Source: Eledone cirrhosa
Taxonomy: Eukaryota
Assembly (NCBI GenBank): GCA_964016885.1
Contig: OZ024742.1
Span: 225,060,001-225,124,000 of the forward strand
Reading direction: 5' to 3'
DNA: 64,000 nt
Shown: in pieces, positions 14,238 through 28,399 of the stretch
How positions within the stretch are numbered: the stretch's first letter is position 1
Layout: the number at the start of each line of letters is the position of its first letter
Program-made: the position numbers and the translations under genes
The notes under the pieces: model-generated
The model's database searches: none
What the model was told of the DNA's origin: nothing
What the model saw: the letters and a program-made list of their open reading frames with translations, nothing else

Positions 14238-14325
14238 CGTGTATGTGTATATATGTATATTTAGTTATGTATCTTTATGTGTGTATATGTATGTATATGT
14301 ATGTATGTATATGTATGTATATATG

Positions 14326-14358
<33 letters not shown>

Positions 14359-14407
14359 ATATATATATATATATGTGTGTGTGTGTATGTGTGTGTATGT
14401 GTATATG

Positions 14408-14452
<45 letters not shown>

Positions 14453-14670
14453 ATATATATATGTATATGTATATATGTATATATATATATACCCATGTGG
14501 AGGTATGAGTACATATTCGTGTCTGTACGTATGTGTATGTGTGTTTTTATATGTGTCTCTATATGTTTTTGTGTATGTATGTGGATGTATTTGTACATGG
14601 GTGTGTGATTGATGGTGTGTGCCTATATATGCCCGTGTGTGTATGTACGTATATGCGCACATATGTGTGT
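13060..14670. repeat. Compound (TG)/(TA)/(TATG) microsatellite inside the 3' UTR of PLE 2
   Basis: Lies between the ORF stop and the 3' pLTR. Confidence 0.9.
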
Positions 14671-14906
14671 GTTGAACAAAGGACTAACTTTGGGATGGAC
14701 GTAGAAAAATTCTTCAGGAAAAAAAGAAAAAATAATTATTCACAAACTTGACAGGTGCGATTTGCCTGTGACCATTCTCAACACAAAAGCAATACTAAAA
14801 GCTTTTTCCCCTGAATAAAGGAATTTTTCGAGAATGACCGGGGCAGGCCGCACTTGCTACATTTCTCCCCACCCAACCCTACTCACCGTCTCAACTCATT
14901 ACTGCT

Positions 14907-15227
14907 ATGAACACTTTTTCAACACACCTACACCCATGCACTTATTAAAGGGGGAGAAAAGAAACCCCCACCACACCACAGACATGTTAAATCCCTATAT
15001 ATAGAACAACACACCACATACACATCAGTTTGACAAGCGCACCTCAGCGTGAAAGGTCTTTCTAAAAACGAAACAATACCTCCTACGTTAACCTAAGACC
15101 TAACCAACAACCAGCAACTTAATTTATAAAATAATTTTTTTTAAGAAAAATTCTTTTTGGATTTTGTGAAGAAAATAAATTTGTTGAAAGCACAAGTGAA
15201 GCCATTTTTTCTTCCCCCCTGTCTTAA
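14907..15227 (+). repeat. 3' pseudo-LTR of Penelope-like element 2
   Basis: Inverted partner of 11284-11613; followed by (TA)n. Confidence 0.85.
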
Positions 15228-15374
15228 CATGTATATATATATATACATATTATTTTTCCCACATCTCACGTTAACTATTTTTCCCATTTTGACGCTAGAG
15301 TCACTTATATATTATGGAATACTGTTGGCTTTTTGCTACAATGTTTTCTATACCTTTCATTTATATATATACAT

Positions 15375-15454
15375 TCTCTCGCTGATGAAGCCCAGGATTA
15401 TCTGTTACAAACACACTCAGGGCGAAACAGATTAGGGATAATCTGTCCGAGAGA
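15375..15454 (+). ncRNA. Type I hammerhead ribozyme with a full stem III
   Basis: tctctcg CTGATGA a gccc[loop]gggc GAAA cagatta ggga taatctg TC cgagaga; 7-bp helix I, long stem III, GUC site. Confidence 0.92.
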
Positions 15455-15671
15455 TATAATGGTTATTGAAGCGGTTTGTATTATGATAATATATTTTTAT
15501 TTTCATTTTGTCATCCTGTCTGTTTCTTGGTTAAATATTTCAAGCATATGTGGTTTTTCAACCCTTGTAATTTTAGACACACGGTTTACTGTGTTTCTTA
15601 CTATATATTGTTAATCGGCTCAGTATTTATTTGTACTTTATACTTAGAGCTTAATGGTTACAGGGTTCTAA

Positions 15672-15727
<56 letters not shown>

Positions 15728-15959
15728 AAAAGACACACACAATGGCACATACCCATACACACAAAATCTCTATCCCAGCCATATACAGGGTACACTCACG
15801 AATTCCTAATTCTATCAAACCCTGCTGCTATACATATCATAACACAGGTCCACAGATCTATCATCATAATGTCATACTTTATACACACACACAGACACTC
15901 ATATAAACACACACACACATACACACACACGCATACACACAGGCACACACATAGTGGTA

Positions 15960-17530
15960 AACAGAAGCGACACACTCACACAACGGCACACACAACGCCA
16001 CACACAAAGTGACACACACAGCGGTTCACACACAAGGGCAAACACAGCGGCACACACACAACGGTACACACACAGCGGTTCACACACAAGGGCAAACACA
16101 GCGGCACACACACAACGGTACACACACAGCGGCACACACACAACGGTACACACACAGCGGCACACACACAACGGTACACACACAGCGGTTCACACACAAG
16201 GGCAAACACAGCGGCACACACACAACGGTACACACACAGCGGCACACACACAACGGTACACACACAGCGGTTCACACACAAGGGCAAACACAGCGGCACA
16301 TACACAACGGTTCACACACACAGCAGCACACACACAGCGGTTCACACACAACGGCAGCACACACACAACGGTTCACACACACAGCAGCACACACACAACG
16401 GTTCACACACACAGCGGCACACACACAACGGTACACACACAGCGGTTCACACAATGGCAAACACAGCGGCACATACACAACGGTTCACACACACAGCGGC
16501 ACATACACAACGGTTCACACACACAGCGGCACATACACAGCGGTTCACACACACAGCGGCACATACACAACGGTTCACACACACAGCGGCACATACACAA
16601 CGGTTCACACACACAGCGGCACATACACAACGGTTCACACACACAGCGGCACATACACAACGGTTCACACACACAGCGGCACATACACAACGGTTCACAC
16701 ACACAGCGGCACATACACAACGGTTCACACACACAGCGGCACATACACAACGGTTCACACACACAGCGGCACATACACAACGGTTCACACACACAGCGGC
16801 ACATACACAACGGTTCACACACACAGCGGCACACACACAGCGGTTCACACACACAGCAGCACACACACAACGGTTCACACACACAGCGGCACATACACAA
16901 CGGTTCACACACACAGCGGCACATACACAACGGTTCACACACACAGCGGCACATACACAACGGTTCACACACACAGCGGCACATACACAACGGTTCACAC
17001 ACACAGCGGCACACACACAGCGGTTCACACACACAGCAGCACACACACAACGGTACACACACAGCGGTTCACACACAATGGCAAACACAGCGGCACATAC
17101 ACAACGGTTCACACACACAGCAACACACACAACGGTTCACACACAGCGGTTCACACAAAATTGCAAACACAGCAGCACACACACAACGGTTCACACACAC
17201 AGCAACACACACAACGGTTCACACACAACGGTTCACACACACAGCAGCACACACAACGGCAAACACACAACCTCAAACACACAACGTCAAACACACAACG
17301 GCAAACACACAGCGGCACACACACACACAAAGCGGCACACACAACGGTTCACACACACAACGTCAAACACACAGCGGCACACACAACGGCAAACACACAG
17401 CGGCACACACAACGGCAAACACACAACGGCAAACACACATAACGGCACACAACGGCACACATACACAACGGCACACACACACAACGGTACACACACACAT
17501 AGCAGTTCACACACAACGGCATACAAGCAG
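15960..17530. repeat. CA-derived minisatellite; core 30-bp unit acatacacaacggttcacacacacagcggc
   Basis: About 19 near-perfect 30-mers at ~16471-17040 with degenerate flanks. Confidence 0.95.
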
Positions 17531-18059
17531 CGGCACACACACACACACAGTGGTACACACATATACACACAAACAAAGAAATACACACAAACAAACAGAT
17601 ACACACAAGCACACACGCGCGCACACAGTGTCTTTACCATTCATACACATAATACACAGTACACATACGAACTCATAATTCTATTTAAAACTCCTCCCAT
17701 ATTATACCACTCGCCCCACGGACCCATAACCACGATGTCATACTTCATATTGTACCTTATACATTGGGAAACGCAACCAAACAGTATTTCAGAGTTAAGC
17801 ATGCCTTGCTAAGGAAGTTAATCAGGTTATTTGGCAATGGCGGTTAAGATTAATGTGTTAATGTGCCAAAACTTCACCTCTGAACGCTCCAATATGCCGA
17901 CTGTATGAATCAACGAGAGACACACTCAATATCACTTTACTCCAATATGGCGGCAACAACCAAGAAAATTGTCACAACGTTTTTCGGAGAATTGTTAAAT
18001 TTGTTTCACCTTCGCTTGATTTCACATTCGGTTGTATCTACCTTCTGCTTTTTGGAGAT

Positions 18060-18167
<108 letters not shown>

Positions 18168-18209
18168 TGTGTGTGTGAATGCATGTGTATATGTATATAT
18201 ATATGTATG

Positions 18210-18248
<39 letters not shown>

Positions 18249-18431
18249 GTGTGTGTGTGTGTGTGTGTGTGAATATATATATAAGTATATATGCGTATAT
18301 ATATGAATGTGTGTACATATTTGTATGTATATATATATATATATAGGGGTGTATTTATGTATATAAAAGTGATTTATCATATGAAACTCTATAATCGCTT
18401 ATTCATACTTGTGTGTGTGTGTGTGTTTACG

Positions 18432-18476
<45 letters not shown>

Positions 18477-18769
18477 ATTATGTGCGTGTGTGTTAGCATG
18501 AGTAACTATAGAGTTCCATATGATAAATCGCTTTGTCTCCAAGAAACGATCATTTCATGGCAATATGATTATGAAATTGGCAGATTTTAATGAATAACTT
18601 TCTAGCGGCCAATGTATTCCATTCAGTAGCAACAATACCGACAATCTAATCCGGGGTGGTGGTCAAGGAATGAGAGAGTGGTAGGGAATAGATATTTTAA
18701 TTTCAACCATTCAACCTGTAAGAGTTTGAGTTCAAGTCGTGGCGTGATTAAACATTTTTTTTCTCTTTC

Positions 18770-18900
18770 AGGACGCTGTGCGGTTAAGGAGCTCATTTCA
18801 CTCCCAAGTGGCCCTGGGTTCAGTCCCTTTGTGGAGTTCCTTGGGCAAGCGTCGGCTTCAATAGCCTCGGTTTCACCAATGCCTTGCATAGAATTTATTG
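18770..18900 (+). mobile_element. Degenerate tRNA-derived SINE (cephalopod OK/Ceph-like)
   Basis: gtgcggttaag..gggttcagtccc..ccttgggcaagcgtc..atagcctcgg..ccaatgccttg. Confidence 0.6.
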
Positions 18901-18919
18901 ATAGAATGTGCATAAAACC

Positions 18920-18951
<32 letters not shown>

Positions 18952-18984
18952 TATATACATATATATACATATATATATATTTGC

Positions 18985-19064
<80 letters not shown>

Positions 19065-19126
19065 ACATGTGTGTGGTGGGTTCGGTAGATGTTGTAGTTG
19101 CGCGTAGTCCCTGGTAGTGTTACGTA

Positions 19127-19270
19127 CTGTATTTCCCGGCTTCGAAAACGTTACTTTTTTTCAAAAATCTACCATGCATTCTGGAGGTCGAAGGTTGTTT
19201 ACTATTTTTTTTTTTTTTCAAATTTTTTGTTGCCAAAATTAGGGTGCGTCTTCGGCGCCGGGAAATACGG
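19127..19270. mobile_element. pogo/Tigger-like MITE
   Basis: TIRs ctgtatttcccggc / gccgggaaatacgg, TA on the left flank, internal aaaattagggtgcgtctt motif. Confidence 0.7.
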
Positions 19271-19442
19271 CAAGTGAGGATTGAGATGTAAGTTATACGT
19301 GGGATGAGGGAGGTACAAGGAGCTCGAAGGAAGAAAGAAGAAGAAATTGTAGCTGGAACAAAAGTTCGAGATAAATTTTCTTAAAACGGTAAACGTTTTG
19401 TGTTTTATGTTTTATTGTTCATTATATATATATATATATATA

Positions 19443-19597
19443 ATTGTTTCTACATTTGGCACAAGGCCAGTGCATTACTGAAACTTTATTTTATCGACCT
19501 CGTAAGGATGAAAGGCAAAGTTAACCTTGGCGCGATTTGAACTCAGAATGGCAAGGGGCGTAACTCTATGCGTCAAAGCATAGTGTCCGACCCTAAC
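19443..19597 (-). mobile_element. SINE copy (Nin-domain-like family)
   Basis: Family core in reverse orientation. Confidence 0.85.
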
Positions 19598-19726
19598 CTT
19601 CAATGCACAGGCATTGCTTGTTCAGGATATGTTACAGGTTCGTGTGGTTGGCTGTAGCCTAAAGGTGCACCATTTTCTGTAATCTGATAAGCAATTGCAA
19701 TACTCTTAGCAGAGTTTGCAGCCACC

Positions 19727-19838
<112 letters not shown>

Positions 19839-19841
19839 GGG

Positions 19842-20196
19842 GAATAGAAAACAAAAAATCAGTGATGCATCAGAACTCAGTTTATTGTGTGTTACAATTG
19901 TTTCGCCGGCGGACAGCTCGAGACTCGATCATTGTGTGGATCTGTCTGATTCTGGACCCGCAGGTTCGACAGACACGTCTAATGATTTCGGAGCATATTC
20001 TCTCACTTGGTCAAATACCCCAGATACTCCAGTGAGAGAATATGCTCCGAAATCATTAGACGTGTCCGTCGAACCTGCGGGTCCAGATTCAGACAGATCC
20101 ACACAATGATCACGTCTCGAGCTGTCCGCCGGCGAAACAATTGTAACACACTATAAATTGAGTTCAGATGCATCACTGATTTTTCGTTTTCTATTC
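19842..20196. repeat. Long imperfect palindrome (~165-bp arms, 23-nt spacer) carrying variant HHRs
   Basis: 19842-20007 is the reverse complement of 20031-20196. Confidence 0.92.
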
Positions 20197-20272
20197 TATC
20201 ATACTCTGCTCTGTAAGAGCATAGAGTGCTCCAGCGGCATACCGCCTATGGAAGCATCTTAGCTACCATAAG

Positions 20273-20321
<49 letters not shown>

Positions 20322-20522
20322 CCAATCTTGAAGCATTAGGTAACGTTTTTTGTTCTTTGTATGAACATAAATAATATATGATATAATATTTTATATATAT
20401 ATATACACACACACATATATATATGAGCGTGTTTGTGTGTATAAAATATTATATTATATCATATTATTTATCTTCATACAAGGAACAAAAAGCGTTACCT
20501 AATGTTTCAAGATTGGTACATG

Positions 20523-20620
<98 letters not shown>

Positions 20621-20783
20621 ATATAGAGAAACACACAGATACATGTGGACACATACATATACATGAATATATCCACATATATCCTTGAGTTAGTGGTACC
20701 AACCTCAACCGATGTTGCTCTATGAATAACTGGGACCAACCAATCCGAATGGATTAGACTGATTCAGTATCAGAGCTATATAA

Positions 20784-21008
20784 TACATTATGAAGAGAGA
20801 AGAAACATTAGATATAATTAGTAATAAGATATATCATACCTAATGAGGCATCCTCTTGATAAGTCGGCAGACCTCACAAAAATCCTATATCTCTGTGATG
20901 TAGTGTTTTTGCATATGCCACGAAACTACGTAGTCGAAGACTTTAGAGGCAGTTTAGGTATGATATATCTTATTACTAATTATATCTAATGTTTTTTCTC
21001 TCTTCATA

Positions 21009-21013
<5 letters not shown>
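20784..21013 (+). mobile_element. Short inverted-repeat element with a degenerate HHR
   Basis: ~60-bp terminal inverted repeats; centre tcctc TTGATAA gtcggca...tgccac GAAA ctacgtag TC gaaga. Confidence 0.65.
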
Positions 21014-21072
<59 letters not shown>

Positions 21073-21254
21073 GCGTTTGGAATTTGTAACATGAGGGAAA
21101 AGTGCTCAATACCAAAGTAGAGAATAATATATATTCTATTATGTATATCATTGAGATTACTCTCTGATGCTACTTTGAATACTGTGTAATCAGCGGGAAC
21201 CTGCGAAACTCAGAGTAGCGACAGATAATAATCTCAGTAATATGTGTGTCTTTG

Positions 21255-21362
<108 letters not shown>

Positions 21363-21502
21363 TGTGTGTGTGGGTATGTGTATATATATGTGTGTGTGTG
21401 TGTGTGTGTGATATAAGATAAAGGCCACAATGTAATCGAAGTGATCGACTGAATCCGTTCTAAAAGTCCCATTAACTGAAACTACTAAAAGAAGAAAGAT
21501 AT

Positions 21503-22650
21503 AATTGTTTCTACGTTAGGCACAAGGCCAGCAATTACCCAGTGTATTACTGGTACTTTATTTTATCGACCCCGTAAGGATGAAAGGCAAATTTAACCTC
21601 GGCGGGATTTGAACTCAGAATGGCAAGGGCCGTAACTCTATAATGGCTTCTAATCTAAGCACAAGGTCAGCAATGTTAGGGGTAAGGAGACGTTGGTTAT
21701 AGCGACCGCCCAGTAGATTATTAATTTACTTTATAGACCTTGGAAGGGTGAAAGTCAAATTTAACATCGGTGGTATTTGAACATAAAAAATAAAGAGCCA
21801 AAATAAATAGTGCCAAGCTTTTGTCAGACGCTCTAACAATTCAGTCAAATCTGCCTTAGAAATATAAATAATTCTCGTTTTAACATCGGCAGAGGACTAA
21901 CTATTTGGGGTAAGGGATAAGTTGATTATATCACACACACCCCACCCTCCGTCAACCGAAGTATATAACTGGTACTCTATTTTACCGCCCACGGATCGAA
22001 GGATAGAAAGCAAAGTTGACCTCGGTAGAATTTTAAATCAGTATTTCATCCGACGCTGTACCGGGATTGTCAATCCACTGCCCCCTTAGAAATAAAAAAA
22101 ATCTCTCTTCTCTTCTCTTGGTCTCGTAACTCCAGATAGAGTTGTAGGGGCGCCGTATTGACATATGGTGTTTATTGGGTATTTTAAGCCTGGCGGAATC
22201 CATCCCTCTCCAGGCCTGAGTACAGCAGATTTCTTCCAGAGAAAGATAGAAAGTGAGAAACAAATATAGAGGAAGAATCGACCCCAGTATTAGACTGGTA
22301 CTTTTTTTCATCGACTTCGAAAAGATGAAAGGTAAAGTTGACCTCGGTGGGATTTGAACTCAGAGAGTAGAGAGCCGGGGCTAATACCATAAAGCATTCT
22401 ATCTGACGTTCTAACGACTCTGTCAATTCGCCGCCTGAGAACTAAAAATAGTAATGACAATAATTGTTTCTACTATTGGCACAAGGCCAGCAAATTACCC
22501 AGTACATTACTGGTACTTTATTTTATCGACCCCGTAAGGATGAAAGGCAAAGTTAACCTCGGCGAGATTTGAACACAGAATGGCAAGGGCCGTAACTCTA
22601 TGCGTCAAAGCATGGTGTCCGACCCTCTACCGATACTGCCAATCCACCGT
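21503..22650. mobile_element. Cluster of about five Nin-domain-like SINE copies in both orientations
   Basis: Copies at ~21503-21641(-), 21645-21860(-), 21880-22040(-), 22463-22650(-) and a further copy at ~22270-22436. Confidence 0.85.
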
Positions 22651-23115
22651 TTGTAATGACAATAATATACATTGTTATTGATCAGAATAGAGCTCAATTT
22701 TTGTCCCCTATAATCACAAACACCCACTTTATAACCATACCATTAAAGATATTCTTTTTGTTTCGTTTTGTTTCGTTTTGTTTTGTAAATTTGTTTGGTT
22801 TTTATATCAATTTTTGTCTCTATTTGTGGTTGTTATAAGACGTCTATTATTTTATCAATATAGTTATGTATGTACAATATACATATGTATAATGTATGTA
22901 TATATCTTATATTTTCATACATACAAACATATATGGATACATACATACATATTCATATGTGTGTGTATATATATATATACATATGCATTCACATATACAT
23001 TTGTATAGATAAGATGTTACAAATTGAAACTAGTAAGATCATTATTTAACTTAGTACTCTATAAGCACACACACATATATACATATATATGTATATGAAT
23101 ATGTATATGTATATG

Positions 23116-23160
<45 letters not shown>

Positions 23161-24151
23161 CATTTAGTCTTTATGTCATTTTGTCTGTATTGTAAAACGG
23201 AAAGAGGACTTTAGACTAAGGAATACTGTTACATGTTACATGTTTCGTTAAGCCTGTCTTTATCTTTACATATGGTGTACAAAACTGTTTCCTATTATAC
23301 AGTCATGAAATGCCGTTTACATAGGTTTGTCTTGCATACAGTTGCCGTTGTTCTCACTGCTGTTTTAGGTGTCGATAGCTGTTGTTGGTTGTTGTTGATT
23401 TTCGTTAGTTGTTGTTGGTCCGTTCCGACAAGTATACGTGATTTATTGAAAGACAGCCTATGATTTTCAAATAATTTTCAAAGTAACCGGAATTTTTTTT
23501 TAATAATTACTGTGTTTGCAACATAACTTAAGCAAGGTTCTCATATAATTATGAATGAAATGATTTAGATAAACAAACAGTTTAACCCTGTCGTTACCTT
23601 CTAATGAATGAAACAGCCTATGATTTTCAATAAAAAACTATTTGTAAATTTACTTTCTTATTATTAAATTCATGTTTGGTACATAACTTAACAAAGGTTC
23701 CTACGTAACATTACAATAGGAAAGGTTTTGAATAAATATAAACTTTAACATTTTCTCTACCATGTTTCTAATAAAACACACTGCTAATGATTTTCAAATA
23801 ATTTTTAAAATAAAGTTGATGGATGGAACATAATTTAACAAAGGTTCTTACATATTATGATGAAATATTTTAGATAAACAGTTGTTTGGTATAAAAGTGG
23901 GTAAGAATATAAATTACTAAAGGGAAAGAGAAAAAGTGTATGAAAGAAGAAAGAAAAAACGTAAATGAAATCCACTTGGTTTAGCGGTTCATTTCATTTG
24001 CGCTTCCCTGAAAAAATGATGAGGGCATTATCGTGGTAAACAGCCAGTAATACTTGCTGCACCAGCCACTCAAATTCGCGGGGGAAATACTACACCGTTA
24101 GTTGGTTTTGTTGGAGATGTGTACTATATATATATGTGTGTGTGTGTGTGA

Positions 24152-24191
<40 letters not shown>

Positions 24192-24348
24192 GGTAGTAGA
24201 GGTGCAAATGGATTGCGTTCACAGGCAGTATGCCAAGATGAGCACTCGATGCTCTTGGGGAGCAGAGTATCAATAATGAACTTAAATATGTGTATCATGC
24301 AATACTGATTCTTTGTTCCCATTTATTATTATTATTATTATCATTATC

Positions 24349-27300
24349 AGCGAGACCAGAATCTCCGAAGCACAAGCCTTCGCACCGATCTTCGGCGGCT
24401 ACGATGTATACGCATCTCCCAGCTGTCCAGGATAGGGGGGAGGGGTTGCCGTCCTTTTTCGGAGAGGCTTGGATCTCGCCATACGGGCCATCTTCCTAGA
24501 CCCAGAAAGTAAGTCGGTGGTGCTGGACGTGACCAGCAGCGAAGGCAATGCTTTCAGGCTAATAGCCGTCTACGCCCCAACAGGGGCTGGATGGCCAGAT
24601 TTCTTCAGACGTCTAGAGACCTTTCTTGGAACGTCCCGCTCTTTAGTGTTAGTGGGCGACTGGAACGGTATCTTGGATGCACGCTGGGATCGTGTGGGGC
24701 TAGTGGATAGGGGAGGAGGGTCCAAGAGCCTCACCAACCTGCTCAGACGTTTTGAACTGTCTGAGAGGTATCGACTGGATCACCCGAATGTGCCAATGTG
24801 GACATGGACAAACCGCATCGGGTCATCCAGATCGTATCTCGGTAGGGTATTCTGCAGAGAACTAGATAAGGCTAGTATAAGTTGTCCACAATTTAAAATA
24901 GTCGACTACACAGACCACAAATTTGTGATCTGTGAGATCGACATAGACAGACTTCATAGACAAGTACCCGGTTACTGGAAGCTGAACGCGTCTTTCCCGG
25001 CGCGCAAAGCTTACAGAGACCGGATTAGCGTATTAGTTAAGCGGGCGTTGACAGGAGCGGTCGTCAACAACAGGTGGTGGTTCGCCCTGAAAAGGACAAT
25101 TAAAGTAGAGTCGATTAGGTTTAGCAAAGGAGTAGTGATAGAGGAAAATAGAGTAGAGGGAGAGCTAGTCAGAAAGCTAGAAGAGGCGTTTAGGACAGGC
25201 ATCGCAACCGACGTGCTTGCGGCGAGATTGGCACTCGACCAATTCTTCCACGCAAAACACGAAGGCTGCGTTGTCAGAACTAGAGCGCGTGCTTTGAAAC
25301 ACGAGGGGATAAAAGCCGTCCAATGGGCCCGGGTGGCAGAGGCGCGACGAGGCAACAAAGCCACAATTTGGTCTTTGTCTGATCAAAACGGGTGCGTGAT
25401 GTTCGAACCCGAGCGGATGTGTGAAGCTTTTCAGCAGCACTTTGCTGAACTGTTTGGGAGCAGCGGATGCCGGATCGGGGCATGGACTTCAGTGCATACC
25501 TCGACGGACTGCCTCGGCTCTCGACGACCGCAGCACAGTGTTGCCAAAAGCCAATAACAGCCGGTGAAATACGGGAAGCGATGGCTAACTGCACGAGGGG
25601 TAAATCGACAGGTTTGAATAGTCTGCCCTACGAGATTTATGCATTTATGCCAGACTTGTTCGGTGACCTCTTGCCAGATGTCTATTGCAACTAGCAGCAG
25701 AACGGGAGCATTCCCAGTTTTGTGAGCCGGGGAGCGGTGGCGCAGCTGAGAAAAGAACTGAAAAAGGGGGATGTTATCGATAATGTCAGGCCCATAACCC
25801 TGCTAAACGCAGAGTTCAAGATTTTGGCCAAGGTGTTAGCAACGAGGTTGGCACTTGTCGTCAAGGGTCTGGTGGGAGAGGCGCAGACATGCACCATTCC
25901 GGACAGATCCATACACAACAACCTCCACCTCATGCGATACATCATAGAGAGGGTGGTTAATGAACCTGACACGGGTGGGGCCCTGATCAACTTGGATCAA
26001 TCCAAAGCATTCGATATATTCGACCATCGGTACCTGGCGGCGGTCCTCGAGGCAGCTGGTTTCGGGCCCGTTTTCAGGGGTTGGATCGCTGCGATGTACA
26101 GCGACATCTGCTCAGTTGTGACGGTGAACGGTCACCTGTCGCAGCCGTTCAGAATCATGCGCTCAGTCCGCCAGGGTTGTCCCATCTCGTCTCTTTTGTA
26201 CGTATTGGCTCTCGAGCCGTTACTGTAAAATTGGGGGCGATGAGAGGCGTCCCACGCGAACTAGGATGCGGGAAATCCGAGTCCGCTTATGCCGACGACG
26301 TCACCGTGGTGGTGTCGAGCACCAGACACGTCCAGATGCTCGGCCCCGCTCTCAAGGAATACGAAGCGGTGACAGGAGCAAAGATAAACCAAGAAAAGTC
26401 GGTGGGCTTGCAGCTCGGCACCTGGAGAGGCACGTCCATGCCGTCCGACAGCGTCGTGGGGCGTTGGACGGACGGACCGGTTAAATTGCTCGGGGTCTGG
26501 TTCGGACCGGACCTCCAGATGGAGAAAAACTGGAACAAGGTGACGAGCAAGGTGGCCTCCCTCACCCAGAAATGGGCCGAGAGGAAGCTGTCCCTGAAAG
26601 GCCGGGCGGAGGTGGCGAATGCGTACATCGCATCCGTCATCTGCTACCGCCTCACCGTCGTCCCTTGCCCCGGCCCAACTCTCACCAAAATGGAGCGCCT
26701 CCTCTTCCGCTTTTTGTGGAAGGGACGCGCCCCTATGGTCAGACGATCCATCTGCTGCCAACACCCATTGCGTGGAGGACTTGGCATGCCATGGCTGATG
26801 ATGCGCAAACATGCGCTGAGGCTGCGACATCTCTGGTGCTTCCTTGCCGGTGAACGGGTGTGGTCGCCGTTCGCCAGGCACGTTTTCCCACAGCTCGTCT
26901 CCTTGACGGAGCTGCAGTCCTGGGTCAGGAAAAGACCGAGGGATAGCGCTTGGAAACTGGAAAGTCTCCAGGCGCTCACTACCCTCTGCCAGCTGGGCAC
27001 CAGTATCGGTGGAGCATCCACCTCGGCGTTCTATAGAGGACTAGTGGAGGGAAGAGCGACGACGTTCTCGGAGAGATCCTGGGCGTCGAAGAAGATCAGC
27101 TGTTTGCTCTCTTCCGGAGAACTTTCAGCCCAGGGCCTATGGATAACTTCCAAAAATCCCTGGCCTGGCAGTGTTACCGGAGAGCGCTGCCGGTTCGAGA
27201 TAAGCTCTACAGGCACGGAAGTGCTGTCAGCCGAGCCTGTCCGAGATGCGCGCAGAGCGACGAAACCGTTGTTCACGTGACTTGTGGAGCTATGTCGAAC

Positions 27301-27930
27301 AGTTGCTGTCGCGTGTAGGACTGATCCGGTTATCGACTTAGTCCATTGTGCAGATGGTCTCGCCGTCTTCCTTCGAGGAGGAAGGGCAGGCGGTTTTCAT
27401 CTGCCTGGTGGCCATGGCGAAAGAGATTGTGTGGTGGACAAGGTTGAAAGAGTTAAAGATAGACACTTTCCTCTTCGGCGAATCCCTAATTAACTTTTTC
27501 AAGTTTCACTTGAAGAGGAAAATCAGGGTGGAGAGGCAAGTGCTGCCTTCTAGCAAGTTTGTTGAAAGGTGGGTGAATGTAGCGAGAATGGTCCGAGTGA
27601 ACGGGACCGCTCTGAATATACGTCTGTAGTTTGAGAAATGGAAAAATTGAGAGAGGGCGCTTGCCCTGGAGGTCAGGGTGGCCGTGGTCTTTTGTGTGGT
27701 TTTCGCCACGAGTAACCCTGGGAGGTTTACCCTTTTGGGGAATTTTTCATTGTTTCAATTTTCATTTTTATTGTTTATATATATATATATGTTTCTATGT
27801 CCTTTTTTTTCTTTTCTTATATAAATAATAAAAATATTTACACGCAAAAAACCCACATCGTACCGTCCTATACCGCCCTGTGCCGTCTGTAATGTTTTTC
27901 TTGATGTCAGCCCTTGTGGTCAATAAAGAA
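24349..27930 (+). mobile_element. L1/Tx1-clade LINE ORF2 (APE endonuclease, RT, C-terminal Zn-binding region); 5'-truncated, with frameshifts and stops
   Basis: VYAP, VGDWN, TDH, PGYWKLN, RPITLLNAEFKILAK, LDQSKAFD, SVRQGCP, AYADD, GGLGMP; ends aataaagaa followed by (ATT)n. Confidence 0.93.
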
Positions 27931-28399
27931 ATCATTATTATTACGGGGTCGATAAAATAAAGTACCAGTAATACACTGGGTAATTGCTGGCCTTGTGCCT
28001 AACGTAGAAACAATTATTATTATTATTATTTTTTTTTTTTTTTTATCATTATTATTTTTATCATTATTATTTTTATTATTATTAATATTATATATATATA
28101 TAATAATATATATATATGTGTGTGTGTGTTTGTACATATATATATATATTTATATATATATACATAGAGAATAAAGATTAACAAGGATTTAAATTAAATC
28201 CTTTATTTGATTTACGACCGTTTTGTTAAACTAACCAGAATATTAAATTCCTGTTAAAATAAGCTCATGTATGTATATATATATATATATATATATGGTG
28301 GCTGCCAACTCGTTTTCGAGTACGGCCACTACTTTATATCCATGTAGGAGAACCCCTACCGATGCGCTGAACGCGTGTGACTTTTTAGTCCAGCCAGCG

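Noticed and set aside
15025-15070. HHR in the pLTR of PLE 2 (TTGACAA gcgc..gcgt GAAA ggtcttTC)
   Set aside because: Two core deviations and no convincing helix I; at most a relic.
15954-17812. 450-570-aa His/Thr-rich ORFs
   Set aside because: Open in all frames because the CA-rich minisatellite lacks stop codons; no evidence of splicing or coding.
23290-23900. piggyBac-like relic (minus-strand VCKTNLCKRHF, ttaaccct motif, three diverged repeats)
   Set aside because: Too short and degenerate, with no paired TIR or TTAA duplication found.
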